The translations under genes were made by a program, and so were the position numbers. The notes beneath the pieces were generated by a model, which made no database searches, was not told the origin of the DNA, and worked only from the letters and a program-made list of their open reading frames with translations. 64,000 nucleotides of DNA, from NCBI GenBank assembly GCA_017881915.1, contig JADGQK010000002.1, forward strand, positions 18,326 through 82,325. Direction: 5' to 3'. This DNA comes from Chloroflexota bacterium. GTDB taxonomy: Bacteria > Chloroflexota > Limnocylindria > Limnocylindrales > CSP1-4. Below are positions 28,101 through 36,218 of this stretch, piece by piece; positions within the stretch are counted from its first letter, which is position 1; every line of letters starts with the position of its first letter.

Positions 28101-28417
28101 CGGACTACAAGTCGAGCGACGTCCGCGACCCGGCCAAAGCCCGCCAGCGAGCCCGCGACTCGCTCCAGCTGACGATCTACGCGATGGGCTGGCAGGCATT
28201 GACCGGGCGCCTCCCCGACGCGGTCCAGCTCAGCTTCCTCGAATCCGGGCTGGTTGGCCGGGCAGGGGTTGACGCGCGGCGTCTGGCCCGGGGCCGTGCC
28301 CAGATCGAGGCGGCCGCGAGCGGGATCCGGGCCCGTGACTTTCGGGCCAAGCCGGATCTCCTGGCGTGCTCGTACTGCGCATTCCGGGAGATCTGCCCGG
28401 CCAGCGTGGGCCGCTAG
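25172..28417 (+). CDS. UvrD/PcrA-family SF1 helicase fused to a C-terminal PD-(D/E)XK (RecB/Cas4-like) nuclease with 4-Cys cluster (AdnB/AddA-like)
   Basis: Helicase motifs GAGTGKT (I), VDEFQDTN (II), VVGDDDQSIYRFRGA (III), VHKAKGLEF / YVGMTRAR (V/VI). C-terminal nuclease …ITDYKSSD…QLTIYAMGW with YLTCP…CSYCAFREIC cysteines. ATG 25172; the upstream ORF portion from 24722 is rejected. Confidence 0.85.
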   Translation: MPPETMTPVRAPAGRRARRGSRTLEQVPLWGAHPLVAAKGPAAELGQGGGLDGLLAGLNPEQRRAVVHGPGPLLVVAGAGTGKTQVITRRIAWLIASRVARPAEILALTFTDKAAAEMQVRVDQLVPYGYADTTIATFHAFGDRLIREFALELGLPPDARVLSRPEVVIFLRERLFDFELNAYRPLGDPTRFLAALAGHFSRCKDEDISPAAYLACADRLVGEADRLAIAAGRPAAGDVQRAAAGASADVAARQLELARAYARYQVLLGEAGLIDFGDQVSLALRLLRDSPAARLELQQRYRYILVDEFQDTNPAQAELVALLAEGHRNVTVVGDDDQSIYRFRGAAISNILEFRQRYRRARLVVLRRNYRSRAEILAASHRLVRFNDPDRLEVRAGISKQLRAQRREPTGGRVAPAVRHESFATGSEEADWIAAEIAARVAAGARPRDHAVLVRTNAGADPILRSLNMVGLPWRFSGTSGLYARAEIRLLLAFLRSIADLSSSVDIYGLAASEVYGLHGPDLTAIMTIARRRNRSLWEILEELDRQPGILRISPESRATAARLVADLRAYSELAHERPAGEVLYAFLKGSGLLARLAGAETVAGEEALQNIARFFEIVRGQSALLPDDRTVFVARHLQTLIEAGDEPPTVELDAEADAVAVLTVHKAKGLEFPTVFLAGLVEGRFPASSRREGLQIPDELIRETQPEGDHHLQEERRLFYVGMTRARDELILSHAADYGGLRARRVSQFVLEALDLPAAPAWPASGEPAAPLERLAAFAAVDAPADALRPSTSEPLSLSFYQVDDYLTCPLKYKFVHVLRVPIAPHHSIIYGAALHRAVQEFHKRHARGEVMSEAELCASFEAAWSNEGFLNRDHEAARLEAGRAALRRFRREQLQPEAVIPAYVERDFAFTLNGDRIRGRWDRVDVQPCASEAGQAVESSSATVAGGGAAADDRLLPDVVEPTLALMPREVVTITDYKSSDVRDPAKARQRARDSLQLTIYAMGWQALTGRLPDAVQLSFLESGLVGRAGVDARRLARGRAQIEAAASGIRARDFRAKPDLLACSYCAFREICPASVGR

Positions 28418-28424
28418 CAAGCCG

Positions 28425-29219
28425 ATGCCCGGCCATGAGCCCTTCCCGGGCCTGTCAGCGGTCAGCTTCGACTTCGGGAACACGCTCGTGCCCGTCGGCC
28501 GGGCCGACCTGCGGTCCGTGGTCGAACGGATGACCACGGCCGTGATCGAACGCACTGGCTTGCTCGACCGGGAGGCCTTCCGGGCAGCCTGGGCCGAGGA
28601 GCGCGAGCGCCAGTTTGCCGAAGAGGTGCCCAGGCTGCGCGAGGTCGATCTCGACCGGCGGGTCGTCCGGGTCCTCGCCCGGCTGCGCGGGATGGATCCG
28701 CCGTCGCGGGCCGGTTCGTGGGATGACGCGGCCGCCAGTCAGCGCTCCACGCCGGCCGAGGTTGCCTTCGCGGTCGACGCGTACAGCGCCGCGTTCGTCG
28801 CGCTGGTCCCCGCGCCGGCCGAGGTGGGCCCACTGCTCGAGCGGCTGGCCGGGCGGTTCGTTTTGGGCGTGCTCTCGAACTGGCCGCTCGCCTCCACGAT
28901 TGATGCATACGTCGACGCAGCCGGCTGGCGGCCTTTCCTGCGGGCGGTTGTCGTGTCCCAGCGAGTGGGCTCGATCAAGCCGGATCCCCGGATCTTCCGG
29001 GCCGCCGAGACGGTACTGGGCAGCACGGGCACCGCCATCCTGCATGTCGGGGATGACTGGGCGGCCGATGTCGTCGGGGCGAAACGCGCAGGCTGGCGGG
29101 CCGCCTACCTGCGCGACCGACAAACAGGCTCGCCGCTACCGGGGTCGCGACCGGACGGGTCCGTGCTGGCCGATCTCGAGATCGAGTCGCTCGATGCCCT
29201 CGAGGCGGCGCTGGCCTGA
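28425..29219 (+). CDS. HAD-superfamily hydrolase (dehalogenase-like subfamily IA variant)
   Basis: Motif I FDFGNTL, motif III/IV …GDDWAADVVGAKRAG…. ATG 28425 lies 7 nt after the helicase stop. Confidence 0.65.
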   Translation: MPGHEPFPGLSAVSFDFGNTLVPVGRADLRSVVERMTTAVIERTGLLDREAFRAAWAEERERQFAEEVPRLREVDLDRRVVRVLARLRGMDPPSRAGSWDDAAASQRSTPAEVAFAVDAYSAAFVALVPAPAEVGPLLERLAGRFVLGVLSNWPLASTIDAYVDAAGWRPFLRAVVVSQRVGSIKPDPRIFRAAETVLGSTGTAILHVGDDWAADVVGAKRAGWRAAYLRDRQTGSPLPGSRPDGSVLADLEIESLDALEAALA

Positions 29220-29234
29220 GCCGTGGAGCGGGCG

Positions 29235-29246
29235 CCCGCTAGACTT
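29235..29246 (+). promoter_or_regulatory. Near-copy of the extended -10 element (CCCGCTAGACTT), 8 nt upstream of an ATG (leaderless)
   Basis: 10/12 identity with CCTGCTAGACTC. TAGACT hexamer at 29240-29245, ATG at 29254. Confidence 0.4.
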
Positions 29247-29253
29247 CCTGAGC

Positions 29254-29628
29254 ATGGAACCCCGGGATCGCCTGATCAACATCGCGACATTGCTCGCCGC
29301 CGCCCTGGCCTGGGGCGCCGTCCTGGTCATCGTCACGACCCAGGATCCCCGGACGAGCGGCCAGGCCGCGTTCGCCGGAGCGATCAGCATCGGGGCCGCG
29401 GTCGGCCTGACCACCGTCCCACTCCTGTGGCTGGCCATCTTCAGCCGGCATGCCCGGATCGCTTATCGGGGCGACTGGACCCGGGCGTTCCGGCGAGGTG
29501 GCTGGGTGGCCTTCGTGGGCGCCCTGTTCGTCCTGCTTCGACTCGAGAAGGCGTTCAGCCTGCCGATCGCCCTGTTCGTTCTGGTCATCGTCGGCGTGGC
29601 CGAGGCCACCCTGTCGGTTGACCGTTGA
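29254..29628 (+). CDS. Small integral membrane protein (4 TM helices), hypothetical
   Basis: Leaderless ATG. Hydrophobic segments IATLLAAALAWGAVLVIV, AFAGAISIGAAVGLTTVPLLWLAIF, GWVAFVGALFVLL, LPIALFVLVIVGVAEA. Confidence 0.55.
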   Translation: MEPRDRLINIATLLAAALAWGAVLVIVTTQDPRTSGQAAFAGAISIGAAVGLTTVPLLWLAIFSRHARIAYRGDWTRAFRRGGWVAFVGALFVLLRLEKAFSLPIALFVLVIVGVAEATLSVDR

Positions 29629-30869
29629 GCCCTCCCGCCCAGCCGAGCCCGATCCTGCCGCTGGCCGGCACGAAGCCGGCCGAGCCGTTCGCGCCGGTCA
29701 AGGCCCGCATCGCAGCAGCCGTCGACTCGAACCGCGCCGAGATCCTGGCGCTGAGCCACCGAATCCATGCCAATCCGGAGCCCGCCTTTGAAGAGGTTCA
29801 GGCGGCAGGCTGGGTCGCCCAGGCAATCGCCGCCCACGGCTTCGTCGTCGAGCACCCGGCCGGCAGTCTGGCGACCGCACTGCGCGGAAGGCTGCGCGGC
29901 GGCCTGGCGGGAGAGCCGGGTGGGGACCGGCCCAGGATCGGGATCCTCGCCGAGTACGATGCGCTGCCCGGTCTCGGCCACGGCTGCGGTCACAACACGA
30001 TGGCTGCGTCGGGGGTTGGCGCGGCGATCGCCCTGTCGGCCATCGCGACGGACCTGCCCGGCGAGATCGTGTTCCTGGGCACGCCCGCCGAGGAGCGTGG
30101 TTCGGGCAAGGGCGTGATGCTCGACGAGGGACTCTTCGAAGGGCTCGACGCGGCCCTCCTGTACCACCCGTCGGACATGACCCATGTCACTTGCGGCCTG
30201 CTTGCGAGCGAGGACGTCCACGTCACGTTTCACGGCTTCCAGGCGCACGCCGCGTCCGACCCATGGCAGGGCCGCAATGCCCTCGATGCGATGATCCTGC
30301 TGTTCAGCTCGATCGGCCTGTGGCGCCAGCAGCTCCGGCCCGAGGCTCGCGTCCACGGGGTGATCCTCGAGGGCGGCAGCGCGGCGAACATCATCCCGGA
30401 ACGGACCCGCGCCTGGTTCATGGTCCGCTCGCCGGACGAAGCGGAGTACGAGCGGATGCGGGTTCGCTTCGACGAGCTCTGCCGGGCCGCGGCGCTGGCC
30501 GCCGGTTGCACGGTCGACGTCGTCTTCAGCGGGCGGTCCTCCACGATGCGCAACAACATGGTCCTGGCCGATCGATTCGGCGCAAACCTGGCGGCCTACG
30601 GCGTGATCGCGGGCTCCCAGCCCGAGAACCTGGGCAGCTCGGATATGGGCAATGTCAGCCAGGTCCTGCCCACGATCCACCCGTGTGTCGCGATCTGCCC
30701 GGCCGGCGTTCCTGGTCACTCGATCGAGTTCCGCGATGCGGCCGGCCTGCCGTACGCCGACGAGGTCACCCTGCTCGTCGCCACCGTCGTGGCCCAGACC
30801 GCCTACGAGCTGTTCGCGGACCCGGCGCTGGTCGAGGCGGCCTGGCACGAATTCCGGGCGGGCGCCTGA
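29625..30869 (+). CDS. M20D-family amidohydrolase (aminoacylase/hippurate-hydrolase-like)
   Basis: …AGWVAQAIAAHGF…, metal-binding GLGHGCGHN, M20 dimerisation region. TTG start overlapping the previous stop; the start is uncertain. Confidence 0.75.
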   Translation: MSPPAQPSPILPLAGTKPAEPFAPVKARIAAAVDSNRAEILALSHRIHANPEPAFEEVQAAGWVAQAIAAHGFVVEHPAGSLATALRGRLRGGLAGEPGGDRPRIGILAEYDALPGLGHGCGHNTMAASGVGAAIALSAIATDLPGEIVFLGTPAEERGSGKGVMLDEGLFEGLDAALLYHPSDMTHVTCGLLASEDVHVTFHGFQAHAASDPWQGRNALDAMILLFSSIGLWRQQLRPEARVHGVILEGGSAANIIPERTRAWFMVRSPDEAEYERMRVRFDELCRAAALAAGCTVDVVFSGRSSTMRNNMVLADRFGANLAAYGVIAGSQPENLGSSDMGNVSQVLPTIHPCVAICPAGVPGHSIEFRDAAGLPYADEVTLLVATVVAQTAYELFADPALVEAAWHEFRAGA

Positions 30870-31055
30870 CGGTTGCATCCGCTGGGCGGCGCCGACCGCG
30901 GCGGGTCAGGTCGGCCGTTTGGGCAATGCTAGGATGGCCCCGGCGCGCCCCGCTGGACGCTCGATTCGAACCGGCGGCGTCCCCAGAAGACGCGATCGCG
31001 TGGCCCATCCGGCTTCCTGCCGGCCGGTCGGCGACCCGTCTCCCGGAGGTCCTTG

Positions 31056-32123
31056 ATGGCCGAGCGCCATGACCCAGCCCCGGCCGGCAGCTTCGCCGCG
31101 GCCAATGGTTGGGACCGCCAGTACGAGGCCTACTCCGACTTCGACCTGCCCACCTACGTCGGCCCAACGACATTCATGAACCTGCCCTGGATCAGCGACC
31201 CGGCCACCCTGCGGGCCCGGCGCGCGGACGTTGCGATCATCGGCGCGCCCTTCGATGACGCGGTGAGCCACCGGTCGGGCGCCCGCTTCGGTCCACGGGC
31301 GATCCGCCAGGCGCAGTACACCTCGGGATCGATCAACTCGCTTCAGCTCGGTGTTGAGCCGTTCGAGGTGCTCGACGTCGTGGACGCCGGCGACGCGAAC
31401 ATCGTGCCGGCCTGGGCCGAGCGCGCCCACGCCATGATCTATCGCAAGGTCCGCGAGGTTGCCGAGACCGGCGCCATCCCGATCATCCTGGGGGGCGACC
31501 ACTCGATCACCTGGCCGGCGGCCACGGCGATCGCCGAGATCCGCCGGCCAGGCTCGATCGGGATCGTCCACTTCGACGCCCATGCCGATACGGCCAGTGA
31601 TGACTGGGGCGTGCTGGCCGGCCATGGCACCCCGATGCGCCGCCTGATTGAATCGGGCGCGGTCAAGGGCTCCAACTTCGTGCAGGTTGGCCTGCGCGGC
31701 TACTGGCCGGCGGTCGACGTCTTCCAGTGGATGCGGGCCCACGGGCTGCGGTACCACCTCATGCGCGAGATCGAGGATCGCGGGGCGGAGGCGGTCATCG
31801 CCGACGCGATCGCCGAGGCGCTCGACGGCCCGGATTACGTCTACCTGAGCCTCGACATCGATGTCATCGATCCGGGCCTCGCCCCGGGGACCGGAACGCC
31901 TGAACCGGGTGGGATGCTCACTCGTGAGGTGCTCCGGGCGATTCGCCAGGTGGTCGGCGCGGTCGAGCTGTGTGGGATGGATATCGTCGAGGTCTCGCCG
32001 CCGTACGACCATGCCGAGACGACCGCAATGGTCGCCAACCGGGCGGCTCTCGAGGCGATCAGCGCGCTGGCGGTCAAGAAACGGGCCGGGACCAGGGTCC
32101 GCTGGGAGCCGCCTGCCGCGTGA
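31056..32123 (+). CDS. speB: Agmatinase/arginase-family ureohydrolase
   Basis: Mn-binding motifs GGDHS, DAHAD, SLDIDVID…. GGAGG RBS 6 nt upstream of ATG 31056. Confidence 0.8.
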   Translation: MAERHDPAPAGSFAAANGWDRQYEAYSDFDLPTYVGPTTFMNLPWISDPATLRARRADVAIIGAPFDDAVSHRSGARFGPRAIRQAQYTSGSINSLQLGVEPFEVLDVVDAGDANIVPAWAERAHAMIYRKVREVAETGAIPIILGGDHSITWPAATAIAEIRRPGSIGIVHFDAHADTASDDWGVLAGHGTPMRRLIESGAVKGSNFVQVGLRGYWPAVDVFQWMRAHGLRYHLMREIEDRGAEAVIADAIAEALDGPDYVYLSLDIDVIDPGLAPGTGTPEPGGMLTREVLRAIRQVVGAVELCGMDIVEVSPPYDHAETTAMVANRAALEAISALAVKKRAGTRVRWEPPAA

Positions 32124-32884
32124 CCGACGCCGACCTCCACGCCGACGCACTTGCCCGGCTGTACGACCTTGATCTGGCCGAGGATCCCGGCGACGACATC
32201 GGGCTGTACCTCGCGCTGGCCGCCCGGACGGGGGGCCCGATCCTGGAGCTGGCGGCCGGCACCGGCCGAATCGTCCGGCCCCTCGCCGCAGCGGGTTACG
32301 CGGTCACCGCGGTTGATTTCGACCCCGCGATGCTCGCCCGCCTGACGGCAACGGCGCTCGGCGGGGTCACGACCGTCCTGGCCGACCTGACGACCTGGCG
32401 CCCACCCGCACCGACCTACCGCCTGGCGATCCTGGGCCTCAATTCGATCTTCCTCCTGGCCGAGCGCCACCGCCAGCGGGCGGCCCTCGAGGCCCTCGCT
32501 GCAGCGCTCCTCCCGGGCGGCCTGGCGGTCGTCGACATCTGGCTGCCGGACGCGGTCGACCTGGCCCGTTACGACCAGCGCCTCCTGCTCGAGTACGTCC
32601 GGACCGACCCGCAGACGGGGCGGATCGTGACGAAGACGGTCGCCGCACTCCATGACGCCGCGACGGCCACGGTCGTGCTCAGCGCGATCTACGAGGAAGG
32701 GCTGCCCGGGGCGCCAGCCGTTCGCTGGATTCGGCGCGACGTCCTCCGCCTGATCGGGGCCGCGGAGCTGGTCGACCTGGCCCGGGCCGCCGGCCTGGAG
32801 GTGGATGCGCTGGCCGGCGACTATGGCCTTGACCCGCTCGGGCCGGGCAGCGAGCGCGCGATCCTCGTTGCCAGACGTCCATAG
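32120..32884 (+). CDS. Class I SAM-dependent methyltransferase
   Basis: GTGA overlap with the speB stop. Motif I ILELAAGTGR and the acidic post-I …VTAVDFD. Confidence 0.7.
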   Translation: MTDADLHADALARLYDLDLAEDPGDDIGLYLALAARTGGPILELAAGTGRIVRPLAAAGYAVTAVDFDPAMLARLTATALGGVTTVLADLTTWRPPAPTYRLAILGLNSIFLLAERHRQRAALEALAAALLPGGLAVVDIWLPDAVDLARYDQRLLLEYVRTDPQTGRIVTKTVAALHDAATATVVLSAIYEEGLPGAPAVRWIRRDVLRLIGAAELVDLARAAGLEVDALAGDYGLDPLGPGSERAILVARRP

Positions 32885-32944
32885 CCTCGATGGCGGGGTG
32901 GCCGATGACCCGTTCGGCGGGCTAGGCAGGCACCGTCCGCATGG

Positions 32945-32950
32945 TATCGT
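32945..32950 (+). promoter_or_regulatory. -10 hexamer TATCGT 6 nt upstream of the CpaE-like gene ATG (leaderless candidate)
   Basis: GGTATCGTcggtcgATG. Fits TANNNT with 6-nt spacing. Confidence 0.3.
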
Positions 32951-32956
32951 CGGTCG

Positions 32957-34102
32957 ATGGGCAAGGACCAGATCCGGCTCCTGATCGTTGAAGACGTCCC
33001 CCAGGTGGCTCAGTACATCCGTGGCTTGCTCAACGCCCAGAGTACGATCAAGCTACTGGAAGTCCTGACCGACGGCTCGAAGGCCGCCGGCCAGATCAGC
33101 CAGCTGCGGCCCGATGTCATCGTCGTTGATGCGCTGCTCCAGGGCAGGATCAAAGGCCTCCAGCTCGTCGACCAGCTCCACGGCGGCGGGATCGGCCTGC
33201 CGATGATCGTGCTGACGGTCCCCCAGCACCCGATCGAGCCTGATCCGGAACGCGGCATCCACGCCGTCCTGATGATGCCGTTCTCGGGCTTCGACCTGAT
33301 GAACAAGGTGTCGGGCGTCCACCACTCGTTCCAGGCCAGCGCGCAGGCTGCCGGATCGCGGGTCGTCACGGTCTTCGCTCCGAAGGGCGGCGTGGGCAAG
33401 ACGACCATTGCCTTCAACCTGGCCGTGGCCATGGCCCAGGCCGGCAGGCGCACGGCCCTGATCGATGGCAGCCTCCAGTTCGGTGACCTGCGTTCGTTGC
33501 TCAAGGTACCGCCGGACGCGCCCTCAATCCTCGACCTGCCCACCGACCGGGTCCAGGAGTCCGACCTCGCCGACGTCATGTGGCGCGACCCGTCGGGGGT
33601 CGACATCCTCCTTGCCCCGCCCCGGATCGAGCAGGCGGAGATGGTCACCGTGCGCGACGTGGACAAGATCCTGTCGCTCCTCCGGCGGGTCTACGAGGTG
33701 GTCGTGATCGACACCCCGGCTGCCCTGACGGACACGACCCTGAGCTTCTTGGACGCCTGCGACACGATCGTCGAGATCGTCACGTTCGACTCGACGACGA
33801 TCCACAACACGCTGGCCATGGCCGACACCTTCCGCTCGATCGGCTACCCACCGAGCAAAGTCCGCTACCTGGTGAATCGGGCCGATTCCTCGGGTGGGAT
33901 GGACACCAGCGAGTTGGGAAAGGCGATCGGCCGGGTGCCCGAGCACTACGTCGTGTCCGACGGCCGGTTGGTGATCCAGGCGAACAACCGGGGTGTGCCG
34001 TTCGTCCTGGCCGAACCCGGTGCCCAGGTCAGCCTGGACATCACCCGGGTGGCAGCCGAGCTCCTCGTGGGCGACCGGGTTCCGGTCGGGGCACGGCGCT
34101 AG
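32957..34102 (+). CDS. CpaE/TadZ-like protein: N-terminal receiver (REC)-like domain lacking the conserved Lys, fused to a ParA/MinD-type ATPase
   Basis: REC features LLIVED, VIVVDALL, IVLTV but no KP. Deviant Walker A VFAPKGGVGKTT, and …VVIDTPA…. Confidence 0.8.
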   Translation: MGKDQIRLLIVEDVPQVAQYIRGLLNAQSTIKLLEVLTDGSKAAGQISQLRPDVIVVDALLQGRIKGLQLVDQLHGGGIGLPMIVLTVPQHPIEPDPERGIHAVLMMPFSGFDLMNKVSGVHHSFQASAQAAGSRVVTVFAPKGGVGKTTIAFNLAVAMAQAGRRTALIDGSLQFGDLRSLLKVPPDAPSILDLPTDRVQESDLADVMWRDPSGVDILLAPPRIEQAEMVTVRDVDKILSLLRRVYEVVVIDTPAALTDTTLSFLDACDTIVEIVTFDSTTIHNTLAMADTFRSIGYPPSKVRYLVNRADSSGGMDTSELGKAIGRVPEHYVVSDGRLVIQANNRGVPFVLAEPGAQVSLDITRVAAELLVGDRVPVGARR

Positions 34103-34107
34103 GTCCG

Positions 34108-35028
34108 GTGTCCGACCCGCGTCCGATCGGCGTCTTCGACTCCGGCGTCGGCGGACTGACGGTCCTGCGGGAAATCCTTCGGCGGATGCCCCGCGAATCG
34201 ACGATCTACCTGGGCGACAACGCCCGGGCCCCATACGGACCGCGATCCGACGAGGAAGTCCTCGCCTTCAGCCGGCAGGCGATCGGACGGCTGGCCGAAC
34301 GGGATGTCAAGGCGATCGTCATCGCCTGTAACACATCCACTGCGATCGCCCTGGCCGACCTGCGCCGGCGCCATGACCTGCCCATCCTGGGCGTGATCCG
34401 GCCGGGTGCCGTGACCGCCGCCCTCTCGACCCGCAACCGCCGGGTCGGGGTGATCGCAACGCCGGCCACGGTCCGTTCCCATGCCTACTTCCAGGCGATC
34501 AAGGAGGAAAACCCTGCGATCGAAGTCTTCGAGCACGCCACACCGGCCTTGGTGCCCCTCGTCGAGGCCGGCCAGCTACGTGGACCCGCGGTGGAGGCGG
34601 TCGTGCGTGAGTCGCTGGCGGGGCTGCTCGGCGAGCGGAGCGCAGACGGTGCGCCGAGCGGGCCGCCGCCCGCGTCGGCCGGCATTGACACGCTCCTCTT
34701 GGGCTGCACCCACTACCCGCTGATCGAGGCGGCCATTCGATCCGTCAGCGGCGAGCGGATCGCGATCGTCGACTCGGCCACGGCCACCGCCGGGGCGCTG
34801 GTCGACCTCCTTGCGATCAACGGGCTCGAGGCGCCCGGCTCGAGTCGGGGGACCGCGGCCGACCCGGGCCATAACGGCCACGACCAACCCACGACAACGA
34901 TCCGACCGATCGTCCACCGCCAGCTGACGACCGGATCGGTTGACTCGTTCCGGGACCTTGCCGGCCGGTTGTTCGGGGACGGCTTCGTGGACGTCGAGGC
35001 AATCGAACTGGGGGTTCCCGTCGGATGA
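34108..35028 (+). CDS. murI: Glutamate racemase
   Basis: IGVFDSGVGGLTV…, ACNTS (first catalytic Cys region), LGCTHYP (second catalytic Cys). GTG start 6 nt after the previous stop. Confidence 0.9.
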   Translation: MSDPRPIGVFDSGVGGLTVLREILRRMPRESTIYLGDNARAPYGPRSDEEVLAFSRQAIGRLAERDVKAIVIACNTSTAIALADLRRRHDLPILGVIRPGAVTAALSTRNRRVGVIATPATVRSHAYFQAIKEENPAIEVFEHATPALVPLVEAGQLRGPAVEAVVRESLAGLLGERSADGAPSGPPPASAGIDTLLLGCTHYPLIEAAIRSVSGERIAIVDSATATAGALVDLLAINGLEAPGSSRGTAADPGHNGHDQPTTTIRPIVHRQLTTGSVDSFRDLAGRLFGDGFVDVEAIELGVPVG

Positions 35029-36218
35029 CCAACCCACGCCGAGACGATCGGCTGTGGCAGGCCGGCTTCCTCGTGGGGTCAGCCCTCGGGGCGGCCGTTA
35101 CCGTGCTGGGCCGGCGGGCGGAGCGCTCGGCTCGCCGCGGCCTGGTCGACTGGACCCAGGCCGAGGCTGTCGCGGTCGGCCGGCTGCGCAAGGCGCCTGG
35201 TCGCCTGGATGCCGCCGAGCTCCGGCGATCCGAGCCGGCCTACGCCGCGGCGATGGCCGTCGTCGTACCCCGCCTGGCCAGCGCACTGGGGACCGAGCTT
35301 CCCGGGATCGTGGATCGGGTCGGTGTCGTCGACCGGGCGGGCTGGGTGCGGGCCAACGCGGCGAGCTTCGCCGACCTGATCGGCCGTCTCGAGGGACAGC
35401 TTCTCGACCAGGTCGTGCCGACCGGTGGCGGGCTCGTCCCGGCGACCCTGGCGATCGCCAACCGCTGGGTCACGACCCACCAGATCGGCTACCTCCTGGG
35501 GTTCATGGGCGGGCGCGTCCTCGGCCAGTACGACCTGGCTCTCCTGGCAGCCGAGACGACGCCCGGCCGGCTCCTGTTTGTCGAGGAGAACATCCGCCAG
35601 ACAGCCAGGGTGCTCGACGTGCCGCTCGATCCGTTCCGGATCTGGATCGCGCTGCATGAGACGACCCATGCGTTCGAGTTCGAGGCGCACCCCTGGCTGC
35701 GACCCTATCTCGCGGAGCGACTGGAGCGCCAGTTGACGGCCTTCTCGAACGGGGCCGCCGCGCTCAGCCGGGACGGCCTGAAGCGGCTCGGCCGTTCACT
35801 CCGGGGTGAGGCCGGTGCCGAGCACTGGATGGAGCGGCTGATGGACGGCGAGCAGCGCCGGCTCTTCCGGGAGACCCAGGCGGTGATGAGCCTGCTCGAG
35901 GGCTTCAGTGACTACGTCATGGACGAGTACGGCCGGGACCTGGTGCCCGGCGTGGACCGGATCAGCGAACGGTTCCACGCCCGGCGTGACCAAAAGAAGA
36001 CCGGCGTCGAGCGGGCGATGATGCGGCTGATCGGGATGGACCTGAAGATGGAGCAATACCGCAAGGGCGAACGCTTCGTGGCCGCGATCGCTCGCGTCGG
36101 CGGCTCGACCGCGCTCAACCGCCTGTGGGATGGACCGGAGAGCCTGCCCCGCGACGGCGAGATCGACGCCCCGGAGCGCTGGCTGACGCGGGTGATCGGG
36201 TCGCGAGGCGACGCTTGA
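35025..36218 (+). CDS. DUF2342-family zinc-dependent metalloprotease (HExxH)
   Basis: …IALHETTHAFEF… HExxH motif plus a downstream Glu ligand region. ATGA overlap with the murI stop. Confidence 0.7.
   Translation: MTNPRRDDRLWQAGFLVGSALGAAVTVLGRRAERSARRGLVDWTQAEAVAVGRLRKAPGRLDAAELRRSEPAYAAAMAVVVPRLASALGTELPGIVDRVGVVDRAGWVRANAASFADLIGRLEGQLLDQVVPTGGGLVPATLAIANRWVTTHQIGYLLGFMGGRVLGQYDLALLAAETTPGRLLFVEENIRQTARVLDVPLDPFRIWIALHETTHAFEFEAHPWLRPYLAERLERQLTAFSNGAAALSRDGLKRLGRSLRGEAGAEHWMERLMDGEQRRLFRETQAVMSLLEGFSDYVMDEYGRDLVPGVDRISERFHARRDQKKTGVERAMMRLIGMDLKMEQYRKGERFVAAIARVGGSTALNRLWDGPESLPRDGEIDAPERWLTRVIGSRGDA

Noticed and set aside
30906-32150. 414-aa minus-strand ORF
   Set aside because: Antisense to the agmatinase gene, which has all Mn-binding motifs.
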